Shown here: positions 24,261 through 36,459 of the stretch, piece after piece
Position numbering within the stretch: position 1 is the stretch's first letter
How the letters are laid out: each line of letters begins with the position of its first letter
The notes under the pieces: generated by a model
What the model was told of the DNA's origin: nothing
The model's database searches: none
Seen by the model: only the letters and a program-made list of their open reading frames with translations
Program-made: the position numbers and the translations under genes
From: Guillardia theta CCMP2712
Taxonomy: Eukaryota; Protista; Cryptophyta
Direction: 5' to 3'
DNA: 64,000 nucleotides
Assembly (NCBI RefSeq): GCF_000315625.1
Contig: NW_005434643.1
Location: forward strand, 297,698-361,697

Positions 24261-24764
24261 CCAAGTATACCTGAGCTGAGGTTACGATAGGGGTGAAGGC
24301 AAGAGATTGTTCGAGTGGTTCAATAAGTAGATAAAGGGATCTGCAGACCCTGACGGACCACTCAGATGATAAGGGGGAAGATACAACGCTTCAGCATCGC
24401 TGTTCTGATTTACTACAGCACAAGCAGAACCTTACACAGAATTTGAAGGGTTGCAAAATACTTCAACTCTCTCAATTCAAACTTGAACTTTGGACCCAAT
24501 ATTTGGAGGCTTCATTTTCGTACTCAACATGAAAACTGAAAAGAGATCTTTTCGATAGACCCCTTCGGAGCGGCGGGCCGACAGGTGGTACACGTGGGTG
24601 GCTCACGGGATCAATCGGAGGAGTCACGGGATCCTTGGCCCCGTCCCCCTCGCAACTTCAACCGACCTCCTCGCGCATCCTCGCTCACTTGCTCTCCTCC
24701 CTGCTCCCTCCACGCACTTGTCGTCAACGCTCAGGTCGCTGATACCTCTTCCTCCTTTTCCACT

Positions 24765-25067
24765 ATGGTTTCTACCGACATCATGATCGATGCCCCTCAT
24801 GTGAAGATCTTGCATCAATCTAGCCCAGCAGATCGCCCCCGAGCCAACCGTATCTCTATCCAATCCACCGAATGGTTCCTTCCAACAACCGCTTCAAGCT
24901 GCAGGCAGGACAGCATCGAGTCCTCGCCTCCTCCAGCACACTTTGTCAAGAGAGGACGAGGAAACCGAGTGAAGCTGGACGAGAAGGTGATTGACTGCGT
25001 CAGCGTCAACGAGTGGAGACGGCAAAGAAACAGACAAGTCGGAGCTGAGTTGTCTCAAGAGCTGTAG
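24765..25067 (+). CDS. Hypothetical protein (about 100 aa) with basic C-terminal segment
   Basis: ATG 24765; KRGRGNRVK...EWRRQRNRQ; no complete domain recognised. Confidence 0.35.
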   Translation: MVSTDIMIDAPHVKILHQSSPADRPRANRISIQSTEWFLPTTASSCRQDSIESSPPPAHFVKRGRGNRVKLDEKVIDCVSVNEWRRQRNRQVGAELSQEL

Positions 25068-25184
25068 ACCTCTCGATGCCTGTGCCACCATTGAAACATT
25101 CTTCTTGTTGTATTATACATATTCAAAATAAACAGAATTGGAGTGAACCAAGATACAAAAACTGCCCCTCAGAGTGACAAGCAT

Positions 25185-28100
25185 TCACAGCACGACAACC
25201 TCGTCGTGGTTTGGCAGCTCTTTGACAAGTGTGTTGGACCTCGACAGTGAAGCATGCGACGGGGCGACCTGCGAGTCGACCAAGACGAGGCTGCTCGCAG
25301 TGACATCGAGGTCGAGGGAGGTAGTCGAGTCGCGGATCACTGTGACCACGACGGTAGCATGATTCTCGAGTAGAGAGAAGACCTGCGATGAGGTCAGAGT
25401 AGGTGAGAGTCATGGAGAACATGACAAGAAAGGTGAGAGGCAGTGAGATAGACGTCACCTCAGCATCCGTCACGATAGCAACATCTTGACCCTGCATCGC
25501 ATGCACAACATCTCCTTCCTTGAGAGACTCGCTCTCCGTATCTCCGTCAGCTTTCACAACAGTAAGCATGCCATCCTCTGTCCTCGCCAGCTCGAATCGC
25601 TGCTGGGCCCTGCCCTTCTCCAAGCTCTGCTTCAGCAACATGTTTCTCTTCCTGAGCAGCAAGGAACTCTCCTGGACTTGCTTCAACGCATTTCTGATCT
25701 CGATGTTGGAAGGAGCTTCCTCCACCTAGCAGCAGGTCAGCGACGGGAGAGGCCCCCGAGAGGTGAAGATGAATCAGACTTGGTCTATGGACTTGTCCAG
25801 CGTGAACACGCCTTTGACCCAATCACTTTCGTCCTGCATAGATGGTGAGCAAGACAAGGAGACAAGTCCAGGGACCTGCTGGGCAGCCGTGCGGTTGAAG
25901 AGGTTGGAGCGCATCTGATTCATCTTGGCGTGAAGCTCATTCCTCTTCATCTGCAACCAGGTCAACACACGACAGCGCCCACAGACAAGGGGAGAAGCAG
26001 CTCGAAGATGAGGATGAGGGGAAGAAGGAGGAGAGGAAGGGGAAGGGGAGGCTTTGAAATGAAGAGGAAAGAAAGGGGAGGGAGAAGGTTTTGATAAGAG
26101 AAAGACGACGTGAACGACGAAGAAGACAACGAGTAGGAGGACAAGGAAAACCTCGAGCAGGTCCAGCCCGTCCTTGACTTGCTTGCACTTGTCCTTCACC
26201 ATCTTATCGATGGGAGTCTCAGCATCAGCCTCCTCCTTCTGCTTGATGGCAGGGCTGTAGATTTCCACGTTCGCTGTCTCCCTGCCCTCCGACGCTCCTT
26301 TCTCTCCCTCCTCCACCCGAGCAGCTCCAAGTTTGACGTTCAAGTGCTTCGGAATCGAGTTCGTGTACACAGCAATACCATTCCTGCACGCCAGTCACTT
26401 ACGACTTCCCTTCTCCTCCCTTCCCTCCTCTCTCATTCACTAGAACCCTGATCTCCTCCACTTGTCCTCCTCCCTTCCTCCATTCGTCCTCCCGGCTCTT
26501 TCTCGCGCCCTCTGCTCCACCATCACCTGATGCTCGCCTCGTCGTCGAGGAACTTGTTCTGCACATTCATCCCACGGGAGGGAGCGAGAGGAGAGTCGAG
26601 GTCGCTGATCTTGATCTCTCGTTGCTTCCCCTTGGGCCGCAGGCTCCCTTCCAGCAGACAATCTCGATTCCACCTGCTCCCAGTAAGACCTGGCGCCCTG
26701 TCCCTTCCGCCAGACATATCTTCCTCCTTCTCACTCACTTGAGCCGGAGGTAAACCCTCCCCTTCACCGGCTCCTCCTCCTCGTAGGCTCCTTCCGGATC
26801 CTCGAGGTCGAACCATCCCTCCTGCATGAAACTGAGTCAATACATCCCTCCCCTCCCTCCCTCCCTCCCCTCCATCTCCCTCGCCTCTCCCTCCTCCTTC
26901 TTTTCCCCTGCCCCTTCTCCCCTCATCCCCTGAGCTCACCAGCGTACGGCAAGTCATGAGGGGGCAGAGTGGAACTCTGCCAAGTTGAATCAGCGGAAGA
27001 AAGGAGGTCGAGAGGTCATGGAGGAGGAGGACACAAGGACTGATGAGACGCGAGCAGGAAAAGAAGGAGAAGGGGGAGGAAGTGTTGTATGAGGGCTAAC
27101 CTGATTTCACCCATGAAGTCGTCGAGCGAGAGCTTATCATTGTCGAACATTTGTACGCGCAACATGGTGAAAGGGGCAGAGTGGTTCTGATACACCCCGT
27201 GATCGCTCAAGTTTCCTCCCTGCAATCGCGAGTGAGGGGAGGAGAAGAAAGGGCAAGACAAGTACCTCGAGGTACAGCTTGAACTTCTGATCGAACTTGG
27301 GGTTGAGGGACTTCGAAACTATCCGAGATTTCACCTGCTCCTCATCAGCATGCAAAAATCCCGCACCCCACTTCTTCCCTCACTTCCTCGTCATCTTCCC
27401 CTTCCTCTCTCCCTCCCCTTCTCCTCCTTGTCTTTCGTTTCCTCTTTTCCAATTTCTTCTTCCCAAAGATTGTACTTCTCCTCCCACCAGCCACCTCAAC
27501 CACCACCTCCACCATTTTGTCTCCCTCGCTCTCGCTTCCGTTCCGTTCAATCCTCTCTCACACCTTTGCGTACTCCCCAGGAAGAGACGGAGGTCCCTTC
27601 GACACAACCTGAAGAGATAAGAAGGTCAAGGAGACGAGGGGAAAAGAACTCAAACAGGAGCAGCAGCGGAAGGAGGGGGAAGAAGATGTGAGTTGGCTCA
27701 CCTTCCACATTGCCTGAAGAGAAATCGCAGATGGAACCCTCTTCACTCCCTGTGACACGTTTAAACGAGGAGGAGGTGGAGAGATAGGAGAGAGAGAGAG
27801 GTAGAAAGGGTGGAGGATGGGAAAGAGCAAGAGGGCAAGAGAGCAGTAAGAGGGGATGGGAAAGAGCAGGAGGGCAAGAGAGCAGGAAGAGGCAGGAGCA
27901 CTATAAGGAACAGCAAGTGGAAAGAGGGGGGTGTAGGTAGAGGGAGGAGCAGCATGCACGAACATTAACAGCCTCCGTCAAGTCGCCTTCCGACTTCCAT
28001 GAAGTCGATGAAGTGAGTCGTTTCCTGGCATGCTCTCAGTCCGATCCTCCTTGCTCCCTCTCAACCCCTGAACCCCATTCTCCTCTCTGACCATACCCTC

Positions 28101-31100
28101 CCTCCTCCCTCCTCCCTCCTCCCTCCTCCCTCCTCCCTCCTCCCTCCTCCCTCCTCCCTCCTCCCTCGTCTTACTCTCTCTCAAGGGCTGCACTCGTGGA
28201 CATGGTACGGGATCGTGCCAGGGGAGCAGAACGCTTTTCTTGAGGGATCTCGACCTTCAACCCCTTGAGGGGTCGACAAAGTTTATTCGCCTCCTTGTGT
28301 GTGGGCTGTGGCGCGTCCTGCTCCTGCTCTTTTCCCTTCATCCCGATCAGAGACTGTTGGAGCGACGAGTTAGTGAAGGCCGCGATGACAGAAGGAGAAG
28401 AGGCAGCTTCATGCCTTGAGGCGAGAGATGACCGCTGAAAGTCCTAACGTCTCGAGTCAGTTTCCTTCCTTTTCTTCGCTCTCAAGTCACCAGATTGTAC
28501 GAGCAGCTTCAGCCTCGCGAATCTCGTGAGGGCGTGAGACGACGCGTCCTCGATCTCCTCTGCTCTTCTTGTCAGTCTCCTGGACAACCAGCGGCTGCTC
28601 TCACCCTCCTCGCGAGCGGTAGGAACGAGGCTGAGGAGGCAGTAGGGGTCGCTCAAGCCGTTGGCGTCCATGGCCGCGAGCCCCTCCGCCTTCACCAGGT
28701 GAACTTCAACGTACCTACACCATCAGAGTCATCGTCCTCCCTCGGCCCCTTCCTTCTCCTCCTTCGCCTCCTCCTGTCCTTCTTCTTGTCCCTTCCCTGT
28801 CTTCGCCCTTCCTCTACTCTTCTTCCCTCCACCTTGTCATCTCTCCTCTGTCCTCCTCTTCCCCTTCCCCTCCCCCCGCCCCATAGTCTCATTCTCCACC
28901 TTGGGTTGACATCTTCAAAGGCGCGCAGCAGCTGCTTAGTGCGACGGTCTCGCAGCATGTCCTCCATGTCACTCCTGTCCCCACGTCACCCGTCCATCCT
29001 CCATCCTCCTCCTCCTCTCGCACCTGCTCGTAAACTTGCGGAAGACGCAACCAGGCCCTCCGCACTCTTTGATGGTCTCAGCCAGTCCCAGCGGCAGCGT
29101 CTCGAGGTACTCTTCCTCCTGCGCGCACGTTCCTCGTCACCAGCAGGAGCATCAGCGGGACTGCCTCACGTTCCACTCCTCGTAGACGACTTCCGGGATA
29201 ACGTGCAGCCTGACCAGCAGCTGACAAGCTCGTGAGATGTTGTGCTCGTGAGAAACTGACAGGGCGGATGCTTCTCACCGCGTGGATCACTTCGAACAGG
29301 CTGTGAACCCTGCGGTAGAGCTGGAGGAACCGGTCAGATACATGCTGAAACGAGGAGGGGAAACGACAAGGAAGAGGAAGAGGAAGAGGAAGAGGGAAAG
29401 GGAGAAAGAAAGGGAGAGGGAGAGGGAGAGGACGAAGTGCATGGAGATGATGGAGAGTAAGACAAAGACGGAGATAGACTGAAAGAGGGGAAGCAGCAGC
29501 AACTCACAATGTCGGCTCCCTCGAAGAAGATGAGCCATGCCAGCAGCACGAACTTGGCCTCATAGTAGGAAGGGATCTATCGCAAACTCAGGGGAGAGAA
29601 GAGCATATCCGAAGGCATCACCCAAGAGAGAAGAACGTCCGTCATGTTCTCAATCACATTCAGAATGAGGAAGATGATCCAGAACGACAGCCACTGCCTA
29701 TCGTCGTCTCCTCCTGCCGCCATGGCCGTCAATGCAAGCATGTAGAGCGGAAGGAGAGGGGCGAGAGGAAGACGAGAGGTGAAACCAAGAGGACGAGTTA
29801 CACGAGGGACACAAGGAGTGAAAGAAGCAAGAGAGGAAGCAACAAGGGAGGAGCAGCAGCAGAAGAGAAACAGGAGGAGCCTGTGAGGCTTGCCTGGAGT
29901 CTCGATGGCATGAACTGACTTGAAGCAGGCCCATAGAGCCAGCACGTAGGAGAGTCTCATCGCCCACAAGCCAGAGCCTGTCGGCTCGTTGATGCAGAAC
30001 AAGGGATGCGCTCCTATTCCGGGCCAGTCACAATATGATCTCCCTCCCCTCCCCTCTCCTCCCATCCCCTCCCCTCATACACTTTTTCCCATCTCCTTGT
30101 CCTCACATCACCTGGTTCTCCACACTTGGGAGCTTTGCCGAGTGCGTTCGCGAGGGCTCCCACGTTCTCCGACATCATCTTGTTCATCTGAACTCCTTGT
30201 CACCTCCTCCTCCTTCACATCTCACACACACCTTTCGCCATTTCTTGTAACCGTCCGACAACTGACAGCCTGGAAATTTGTAGGTGCACATGTTGGATGG
30301 CTGAGCAAGATGTCAGGAAGGGACAGGGGAACGGGAAGTTCACTCGCCTCGCATGAAGCAGGAAAGTGATACTTGCACTTAGGAACTTCACCGAACTCGT
30401 CGATCTGTAGAAACGTCACACTCGATCCTCGGGGACTCAGTCACATGCCTGAGGGCAGTAGCCAGCAGCCACGCATGGAAACTTGGAGCTCTCTGAAAGA
30501 GCCTGGGACAGATGAGAGGAGGCGATTGGGCACAGGGGCGGTAGGGGAGGGGAAATAAAGTATGAGGTTGAAAAACGTGTAGAAAGAACAAAGGAAGGAG
30601 ACAGAAAAACTGAAGATGAAAAGACAGGCGAAAGATGCTTCTTACTTTGACGAGCTTGTCGCAAATGGTGATACACCTAGATGAAAACATCACATCTGCT
30701 CGGTAGCCTAGTTCTCGTTCACCTCTTGAGGCCAAAGCACATCGCCCGGCAGTCAATGTCTGACAGCCCTCCTTCTGCTTCGCCGGACAGCATCATCGTC
30801 ATGACCTACGAGCCTTGAGCATCCTCAACCCCTTCCATCCCTCTCACCTTGTCGCATAGAGTGCACATGGCGCCTTCGCCTTTGAATATCACGTCGACGA
30901 CCTGGAGGTACAAGATCAGCCGGCGCAAGAGCTTCCTCTGAGAGCTGACCAGCATCCCGATGTCCTTGACGGTCGTGATGGTCTTGGCGAACGCCATGGT
31001 TCCCCACAGCATGACCCTAGAGGTTCTCGCAGTCACGCTCAGGCACACAGCATGTCAGCTCCTCGCTACCATGGCGGCGGTAAGGGAATCCCTCCTGACA

Positions 31101-31272
31101 ACAGACATGTCAAGCTTGAACAAGGCAGCTCAAGAGCTTTACCTTCAGCTGGGGTTGGGAAAGACACGAGCAACAATACAAACAGAAGCGTCGCTAGATT
31201 AAAAATGTTTACCGCAGGTAAATTCACAGAGCAATATCTTCTCTCCTCACCTGTCTGCGCTGTACTGACCAT
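25185..31272 (-). CDS. Multi-domain membrane protein: signal peptide, saposin-like/Cys-rich region, TB2/DP1-HVA22 (REEP) domain, split C2 domain, coiled coil, PDZ
   Basis: MVSTAQTATLLFVLLLVSFPTPAEG; CTLCDK...CRAMC...CITICDK...PCVAAGYCP; FKSVHAIETPGGDDDRQWLSFW...WIPSYYEAKFVLLAWL (HVA22); VHLVKAEGLAAMDANGLSDPYC...SKSLNPKFDQKF...MFDNDKLSLDDFMGE...WFDL (C2); LKEGDVVHAMQGQDV (PDZ). Junctions traced in frame except about 27300-28500. Confidence 0.75.
28096..28166 (+). repeat. (CCTCCCT)n microsatellite, intronic
   Basis: Direct inspection. Confidence 0.85.
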
Positions 31273-31601
31273 GGAGTCTTGTATTTTGGAGATCAATACA
31301 ACATCAAATCAGTTTCCTGGAAATGACAAACGTGAGCAAGAAGGAAAGAGAGTGATTTGCTATCCAAAAAAAAAATTGTCACGTCGTGCTGCTCATGTTT
31401 CGGCGCTAAGCCTTGAATGAAGAACTTGACGATTAAGACGATGTCCATTGTGGTATGGTACTCAAGCAAGCACAATCCAGATACGGCCCGAGAGTTGAAG
31501 AGCCGGTCATGCTCGCGAATATAACTAGCGGAGGTTGTGAGATGTTAGGCATCACAAACGGATGCGTCAGGCTGCATGAGGAGAGGTTGAATCTCGAGTC
31601 G

Positions 31602-31697
31602 GAGCATGAGCATGAGCATGAGCATGAGCATGAGCATGAGCATGAGCATGAGCATGAGCACGAGCACGAGCATGAGCATGAGCATGAGCATGAGCAC
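31602..31697 (+). repeat. (GAGCAT)16 hexanucleotide microsatellite
   Basis: Tandem GAGCAT with a few GAGCAC variants. Confidence 0.95.
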
Positions 31698-32846
31698 GAC
31701 GTGGGCAAAGAGCGGGGTTGAGCGTAGAGCTCTGCCTTGCAATGAGCGGGTGATTCACATATGTGGCAACGATTATCCTGGGGGACGGGGTACCCGTAGC
31801 TTTTCCGAGGTGGTGGGGGTGGGTGACTATCTATCTAGTGGGACCTATAGAAAGAAGATCTTATAAGTAAAAGTCTATTTGATCATGGCTATGGTCCTTT
31901 GCTCGGCTTCAGAGAAAGAGGTCGCACTTTGGCGAGTGGGTGGGGTGGTACTTAGAAGCTCCTGAGTAAAGACGCACTAGGAGGGAGAATGAGGGGTGCA
32001 TGCCAATATGGACCCCCTAAAGGTAGCACTGCCAAACCATGAATTAGGGGTAGGGGTGTATACCCCTGTAAGAAGTTTACTTCCTTGATCTTAGAGAGCT
32101 CCTAGGGGGGGTCCTAGTAACTCTCCTATCAGAAATCCAAGGAGGTTTTTTTACTACACATAGTAAACTCGTGGCTGGAGGGAATCAAGGAGGGGGTAGT
32201 GGAAGTAGGGGTGCAAGTGATTGTAAATCATGGTAGTCTAGACGGGTACAACGACATGGAGGAGGGGTACGAGGGTTAACAACAAACATGGTCTAGTCTT
32301 CATCTCCTATAGTCCCCGAGCCCGGACGTTGGCCGGTCGCCGGGCCCGTCCGAATGTGGGGGACGGGAGGCCCTCCCTTCTATCGTGGAGTAATTTAAAA
32401 TGTTGTTGATCTTTACTTCATTATAAAAACCGAAAATAATCCTTTCTGAAAATCTATGGTAGGGAAATATAAAACTCTATTATCCAATCCCCCAGTCTTT
32501 GCGCCCCAAACAGAATCTCCCTCCGAATCCAAACTGGGCAAGTTTGCAACAGGTAGAAGAGCAAGGGGAGCGGCGGGAAATAGTGGCGAGTATGAAGGCG
32601 ACACCTGAATAGTAGCAAGGTCTTTAGTATGATCAGAATTTAGATTGTCAGTCCTGTACTTCAAAAGAACATGTGGTGTTTTCAACCCGTTGTGATAACG
32701 AAACGGGTCGTGACAATGCCTCATGTGTACTCGGTGATCAAATGCACTTGAAAATTCTGGCAAGTCTCGTCATTGTTGAAATTTAGTAATGGAATAGAAT
32801 AAGAGTTTGTTTTCTTATCTAAGACGTTGCTTGTAGGGAACCAGCC

Positions 32847-33188
32847 ATGCGGACAAATCGTATAGCACAAAGTTGTTGCAGAATTCCTTTCCTGAAGCCA
32901 GAAAATGCATTGGTAGGAGGTATTCAACGAGAACATTCACTGCAAATCAAACCTGTGACAATCGAAGATATAGACTCTCGCATTGCAGGCAGCAATGTAT
33001 GCTTTCAAGAATGGAAAAGCAAATATAAACAGTCAAAAATCGAAACCGGGTTTGATGGAAAATACTATCTCCCCCCTGACGAGGGAGCATCAAACAGGGT
33101 GCAAATGCCCGTATTGCCAGGTAGCTGGGCACGCTTGGTTCAAAGAAAGAGAAGACGTTTTCTAAACTCGCTACCGGGAAGGCAATAA
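32847..33188 (+). CDS. Small hypothetical protein C (113 aa), PGS[WF]A-basic family
   Basis: FQEWKSKYKQ and PVLPGSWARLVQRKRRRF; basic N-terminus; intronless. Confidence 0.75.
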   Translation: MRTNRIAQSCCRIPFLKPENALVGGIQREHSLQIKPVTIEDIDSRIAGSNVCFQEWKSKYKQSKIETGFDGKYYLPPDEGASNRVQMPVLPGSWARLVQRKRRRFLNSLPGRQ

Positions 33189-33404
33189 GTTCGTACGAAA
33201 AGTTGATGGACGTTTTGAAACAACTATCCAGATCAACAATTCTTTATTTTGCATATGAATAAAACCTCTCAATGAGGCTTTTACAATGGCATATGTGTGC
33301 ACAGGGATTACCCTTTTTACAAGAAATCAATCCATCACCTGTCATTCAACCAACTGGTTCTTCCGAGGCCACCATTTACATGTTTGTACAAGCCAAATAG
33401 TCAT

Positions 33405-33788
33405 TTACCGCGGAGGCCACACAAACCTCTTCCTGCGCTTCTGGAAACCATCTGCCCATGACCCAGGGCAGACTTTCTTCTGAGAATTTTGCCAAGTGCA
33501 GTGATCTGCACAATGCTTCTCTAGAAATTGAATGAGATCGTACTTGTGCGAGTGCTGCTCGTATTCTTGACACCATTCTGGGGCATACTCCCATATCGAT
33601 GGGGTTGACGACCCTTGAAATTCAGAGGGAGGTTCTTCCTCGTTGTCGTTGAACTGCACGCTTGTTGCAGTTGAAAAACATCTAGACGCGGTCAAGCCGT
33701 TTTTGGCGACCGATACCCGGTCGGGAGATAATACGGACCTCAGCAAGTATCCAGTAGCAGCTTTTCTCATTTGCAGCAGGTTGCTCAT
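33405..33788 (-). CDS. Small hypothetical protein B (127 aa), PGS[WF]A-basic family, putative mitochondrial presequence
   Basis: ATG 33788; presequence-like MSNLLQMRKAATGYLLRS...ASRCFST; YAPEWCQEYEQHSH and VCPGSWADGFQKRRKRF. Confidence 0.75.
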   Translation of the reverse strand: MSNLLQMRKAATGYLLRSVLSPDRVSVAKNGLTASRCFSTATSVQFNDNEEEPPSEFQGSSTPSIWEYAPEWCQEYEQHSHKYDLIQFLEKHCADHCTWQNSQKKVCPGSWADGFQKRRKRFVWPPR

Positions 33789-35979
33789 CACCTCTGATGC
33801 AGCACAGAACAATCTAGCTGAATTTTGGCAAAATCTGTGTTTCTTGTACAAGGAAAACTTTGATGGCGAAGAGGAGCGCTTCTTTCCGAAATTCAAATGT
33901 TCCCAACTTCGAAGATTCAAGGTGCAAACTCCTTTCCTCAATGAAAATTGTAAAATCAAATTTGCCTCTGTTTCAGATCAAGATTAAATTGCCAAGATTC
34001 AAGCGAAAGTAATACCCAAGCAGAAAACGCAGTTCTAATAGACCTTGGAGGGGAAGTGAAATGTAGAAATCGAAACCTCGTTTGAAGTCGAAAACAGTAA
34101 AAGATATCTTGAAATACTCCAATCCCGATTCACGAATACAGGCGATAGTCTTGGACGAGAGCGAGCTCACGAAGAAAGGTCCAGGTGTGTTGAAATGAAA
34201 TGAGCGCAATGGAACAAGGGGCTGGTTGACCTAGTCGGGGAGAAGCTGATGAGAGTCCGAACGAAGGGGGGTGGGGTGGGTGGCTTGTACCTGTACCGGT
34301 GCAATTTTCGATGAGGATTCTAGATGGGTGGGGTCTAGAGGGTGGTAGAGTTTACCTGGGTGGATGAAGAGCGATGGATGCTAGAGAAGGTGGGTGGGGG
34401 TAAATTGGTTCGAAACATCAAACTTGCTGAGTATGGTAGGGGTGTGGACTAGTACAGATAACAGCATGACATGGGGTTACTCCAGCACCCTACCCACATT
34501 ATGTCAAGGTAGATTTGTTCTCCTCGAACTTTGGGGGGTAGGGGTGGCCTTCCAAACCCTCATATTCTTGGCAAGGCGGGGGTACAGTCATCCATGGGGG
34601 CACAGGGGGGTAGTAGCACAGAACCAACTAAGGTGAGATGATACCCTGACTTTATTAAGGGCTTGTTCGAGGAAATTAACCTCTATGCGTCACAATAAGT
34701 GCAACCATCAAACGGATTGAAAGGAGGGGTTCTACAAAACAAATTCACGAAAACATAGTTTTTCACTTCATAAAATCGTTGTGGGTCAGCAGGCCACACC
34801 CCGTCCCCCAATTGACCCCCTTTTACCCCAGTCAGCCCATATAGCGTTAGGTGGGTACTCCTTCCACCTACCACCTTTGCTGACAATTATGAAATCTCCC
34901 TCAGATACTCTCCAACCACCCCACGGACAACACCACCCCCTCACACAACCTGCACCAAGCTTTACTCAAACCTATCCTGCCCACTGCTGTTCCTCAAACT
35001 TTACTGATAATTTCACTTAACTGCGCGCTGGACCATTACTTCACCCCGCGCCATGCCCGCAATGTCGCTGTGGCCGCCGCCGAATGAGACGCATGCCGGC
35101 GTCTATCGCAGTGCGGCGGAAGGTCACCCGGCAATCCATGAAGAAACTTGTCAGCGGCAGCCACCAAGCTGATTGGCTGCTGCTCAAAAATCCCAAGGCT
35201 GGTATTTTCCATGATTGAGTGTCAGATCGTGCGCTGAGAGGTAAACTGAGACACAAGTTGATCAACCGGGTGGCCTGGTACTCGAAGTGAAGTAGAGAAG
35301 CTGGAGTGATGCGCCAAGAAAGATCTCTGGCGCTCAGAAGGGTCAGCCCGAATACTGCAGACCGAGGAAACTCCCTGAGGGATTGAGCTGTGAGCTCCCG
35401 CTGGGCGGGGATGAAAAGCATACTACCAGGCGTCCCAAATCAATCAGGCGAGAGGATCCAGTCATTGTCGCACGCCTGAGGAAGCTCCGCCAAGCTCCAT
35501 CAAGTGTCTGTGAGTGTCCAAGAAGGCAGCCAGCATGGGGACAACATCCCCAGCGTCCGCCTGCTGCGGTTGGCGGATTCGAAGCTCGGTGTCAGAATTG
35601 ATCCGGTGGAAGAGTGGCGGTGTAGGTAAAATCCAATGCTGGAAGATGGCAATTTCTCCCGCCCATTTGAGAAACTTGGCAGTCGCAGTCCAGAATGCGG
35701 TGTAGGCCAAGCCCTCCTGCGGGGCCGGGGTGAACCCATCCGATGATCCCCTCCAGCACTATAAGGCAACTGACGTTCAAACGGTTTGAAGTAGGCAAAC
35801 TGAAGGTCGGACGGTGGGGTGTCAGGGGCAGGTTGCAGGTCGGATGAGCTCTCCGGTGCCTGTTGCTGAGGCCACTGAAACACCTTCGCAAGAAGACGGA
35901 GATTCGCGACTTCAAATCGCTTGCACCGTGGCACTTGGCAGCTGTCACTCAAGCATGGGAGATTGGGCAACGTAAGAAG

Positions 35980-36345
35980 TACTCAGGCACTGGCCCGGCC
36001 GGCCGGGACTGTAGGGTGGGAACGCGGCCGGTCGCCGCTTCAAGAGCTGTTGAAACCCACCGTGAGTGACGCAACTTGGGAAATGCCCGGTTGTTCCAAC
36101 TCAGCCGGTCATTTCAGCGTTGACCGTCACAGTAGTACTGTGACCGCCGCCCGGGGCCCGGGGTCCGAGTCACGCCGGTGGCACTGGACTCTTTCCCCGT
36201 TGGCGGGCTGGCCGGGTACGCCGCACCGGCACGGTCAGGGCCGCGCAAGGCGGGGCCCGGCCGGCGGTACTACACTAGTGACGGCAGGCGGCAGACTACC
36301 CGGAACCGCACTGGCTGCAGCCTGAGGTGACTGAAGAGTTGATCA
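35980..36345. repeat. GC-rich word tract (same type as 9870-10965)
   Basis: GGCCCGGCCGGCCGG, GTCACAGT, GAGTCAC, ACTAGTGAC words. Confidence 0.65.
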
Positions 36346-36459
36346 CGTTACTTGAACGTGATAATGGCACCGTGATAGTTCATGGGCATTTTGAGGTGCG
36401 GGGGAACCTCGCCATAGATACATCCCACGCGATCATCTTTGGGATATCAATAGGTGAAA

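Noticed and set aside
24940-25067. EWRRQRNRQ as a bZIP basic region, i.e. a HAC1/XBP1-like IRE1 substrate near IRE1
   Set aside because: No N-x7-R/K spacing, no leucine zipper in any downstream frame I could join, and no paired CNG/CNG stem-loops found.
31433-31866. (HE)n, (CS)n, (MS)n, (AH)n repeat ORFs suggesting a metal-binding protein
   Set aside because: All six frames are open only because of the GAGCAT microsatellite; flanks show no coding signal.
32413-32763. Possible fourth member of the small PGS[WF]A family
   Set aside because: Lacks both shared motifs and starts at TTG; no support as a gene.
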